Shown here piece after piece: positions 62,030-64,000 of a stretch of 64,000 nucleotides of DNA (its first letter is position 1; every line of letters begins with the position of its first letter). The notes under the pieces are model-generated. The model did no database searches. It saw nothing but the letters and a program-made list of their open reading frames with translations, and had not been told where the DNA came from. Source of the DNA: Anthoceros angustus (taxonomy: Eukaryota > Plantae > Anthocerotophyta); contig MU008173.1 in assembly GCA_010909165.1 (NCBI GenBank), forward strand, positions 186,001 to 250,000. The letters are read 5' to 3'. Both the position numbers and the translations under genes were made by a program.

Positions 62030-64000
62030 GACCACTCCCTCCCTAGCGTATGTTTGTTGCAATTGTTACGACGATTATTCTGATCACGCCGATAGTGATC
62101 GCGGGACGCCTCGCCATGGCTTCCGCCTCCTGGCCACCTTCACCGAGCCTCCAAATTGGCTCGTCCACTGGCCGCCCGCCAGTCCCGCCGCCTGGCCTCG
62201 CTTGCGCCTGCCTCCGCTGGCCCCGCCCGCAGAGGTCCTCACTGGCGCCTCCTTAGCTCGCTCACCGCCTCCTCCATGAAGGAATTTAGTCCGCCCCTGC
62301 GGATGGACCAGACCTCCTCTCGCCTCCCGCGCTTCCTCAATCCGGCCGAGAGCTCGGCCTTCCTTCGCCTCCCGGCCCCTCCAACCGCCTCCCGGAGGAG
62401 TACCATGCGCCCGGTGGCTTTCACCTCGGGTCTTCTGGCCCATCGCAGAGACCCCAGCATACTGGCCCATGACGGTAGCTGTGACCCGCCGTGTTTCTTC
62501 ACGGCCACCGGTGAGGCTCCCACAAAGTCCGTAGCGGAGCCGATTTCACGGTCCGCCAAGGACCTCCATACTGTCCGAGTAAGTCCGGACTGGTTCCTCG
62601 ACTAATCAGACCCTTAGGTCCCGAGGCCGAGCTCCCGAGCTTCACCTCCTTGGCCCTTTGGTCATGAGCTCCTCCGCCTCTTTTCTCCCTGGGCCTTGAG
62701 GAGGTGAGGGAGTCCGGAGCAAGTTTTTGCCCCTTCCTGCCGGGCCACAGACGGCCCGTGCCGCCGCTGTCCTCTCGCCTCGGGCCCCTCTCTCGCCTCC
62801 ACCGCTTTCCGCTTGCCACCTGTAAGGCAAGGTACCTGCACTGCACCGAGGTGCCGCCAGGTAGCCGTGGTCTTGCGCTCTTCGCTCCCTCGTCCGGGCC
62901 CCTCACCGTGGTTGTGGCCGGTGGCGGGCCGGGCCTGGGCCGCCTCGCCGGACTGGCCGCCCGGCTATGCACTGTGAGGAGGGAAGCGGAATTTCTTCCC
63001 ATACTGGGTGGTGAGGGGTCCGCTCTGCACGTATGGAGTCCGGAATCCTCCCGCCGCCCCTCCCGGTCCGCTTGGCCTCGACGATCGGCCTCCTCGCGCC
63101 TTGCCCGCCTCCACTTCCAGGGCCTCCACCTTTCCCGAGCGCCGCCAAGCCTCCTTGAGGAGCTCAAATGCCCCATACATGGATCGTGCATGGGGGATGT
63201 GATGGCGAGGGCTTCTGGCCCCGAGCTATGGGCCTCGACTAAACCGCCGAAGATGATCCTTCCCAGCCCCGCCTTCTTCCTCGGCCGCAACGATGCGTGA
63301 ATACCAGATTATCACCAAGGTGATCCACCTTGGTGAGTAGGTTCCAATGGACAATGATCCGGCTACCGCCTTACTCGACCGCCCAATGCCTGGATATCGC
63401 CCAAATCACAGGGTCCGCCCCTGTGCCTCAAAGATCGCTGGCCGTGGGTCGGCCCTATCTTCCTTCGCCTTGAGGGCCCGCACCACTCCCCTTCTTCCTC
63501 CTTTGGCTAGGTCAGACCTCCTCCAAGGTCCATCGCCTTGGTCCTCCCGAGGTTCTTGACCGCACCTCCTTATTGACCGCCGCCAAGATTTTCCGAACTC
63601 CGACTGAGTGACATCAACGCTGCATATCCGAACGCATCCAAATGCCACTCCCCGCACCAATCTCCCTCGCCCGGCCCAAAGTCCGGATAGCGCCGAGTCA
63701 CAATGTTGCGCCCACGAGGTTCCATGGCTCCCAAACTTCCATGAGCTTTTGGGTGCCATCGCCTTCTCCTCCCTTGCTGCCGAGCCGCTTGTGAGACCGC
63801 CGGCACGCGCTTCGCCGCTGTCACCGCCCAACCTCAACGTGAGCCGCCAAGACGCTCGAAAGGCCCAACGAGATACCGCCAGAGAGCCGATGGAGCGCAA
63901 GAGATCGCGAATTGTCTCGAGGCCAGCAGTTGAATGACCTTCTTCGCCACGGAGTAATCAAGTGGAAGGCCCGCCCAGTAATCGAGGTCCGCATGGCTTA
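62030..64000 (-). mobile_element. GC-rich degenerate repeat, probably a retrotransposon accessory-ORF region
   Basis: Frameshifted E/R/A-rich minus-strand ORF pieces similar in character to 16200-18500; no diagnostic motif. Confidence 0.25.

Overview
Plant nuclear DNA, probably from a non-seed land plant (inferred from compact genes with short GT-AG introns and a telo-box). The first ~9 kb is gene-dense: tRNA-Phe(GAA), an NHL-repeat membrane protein, RuvBL2 and a SYP1-type syntaxin. The remaining ~55 kb is nested mobile DNA: three Ty1/Copia pieces, probable LTR-retrotransposon remnants, tandem arrays, and a 17.6-kb CACTA-ended element (21-bp TIRs, CAA target-site duplication) that interrupts an F-box-like gene. 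The main observation is five frameshifted copies, in three divergent subfamilies, of a prokaryote-type beta-class N4-cytosine/N6-adenine DNA methyltransferase. The best-preserved context has a ParB-like domain upstream on the same strand. It lies head-to-head with a DUF7869/Sola-like DDE transposase and a possible Ulp1-like peptidase, which suggests a DNA transposon carrying its own amino-methyltransferase. Three copies abut a captured 25S/28S rRNA domain V fragment. Many frameshifts fall exactly on expected CAG/CTG sites, so they may be long-read base-calling errors at CHG-methylated DNA rather than real decay. All protein assignments are by-eye motif recognition; no database search was run.
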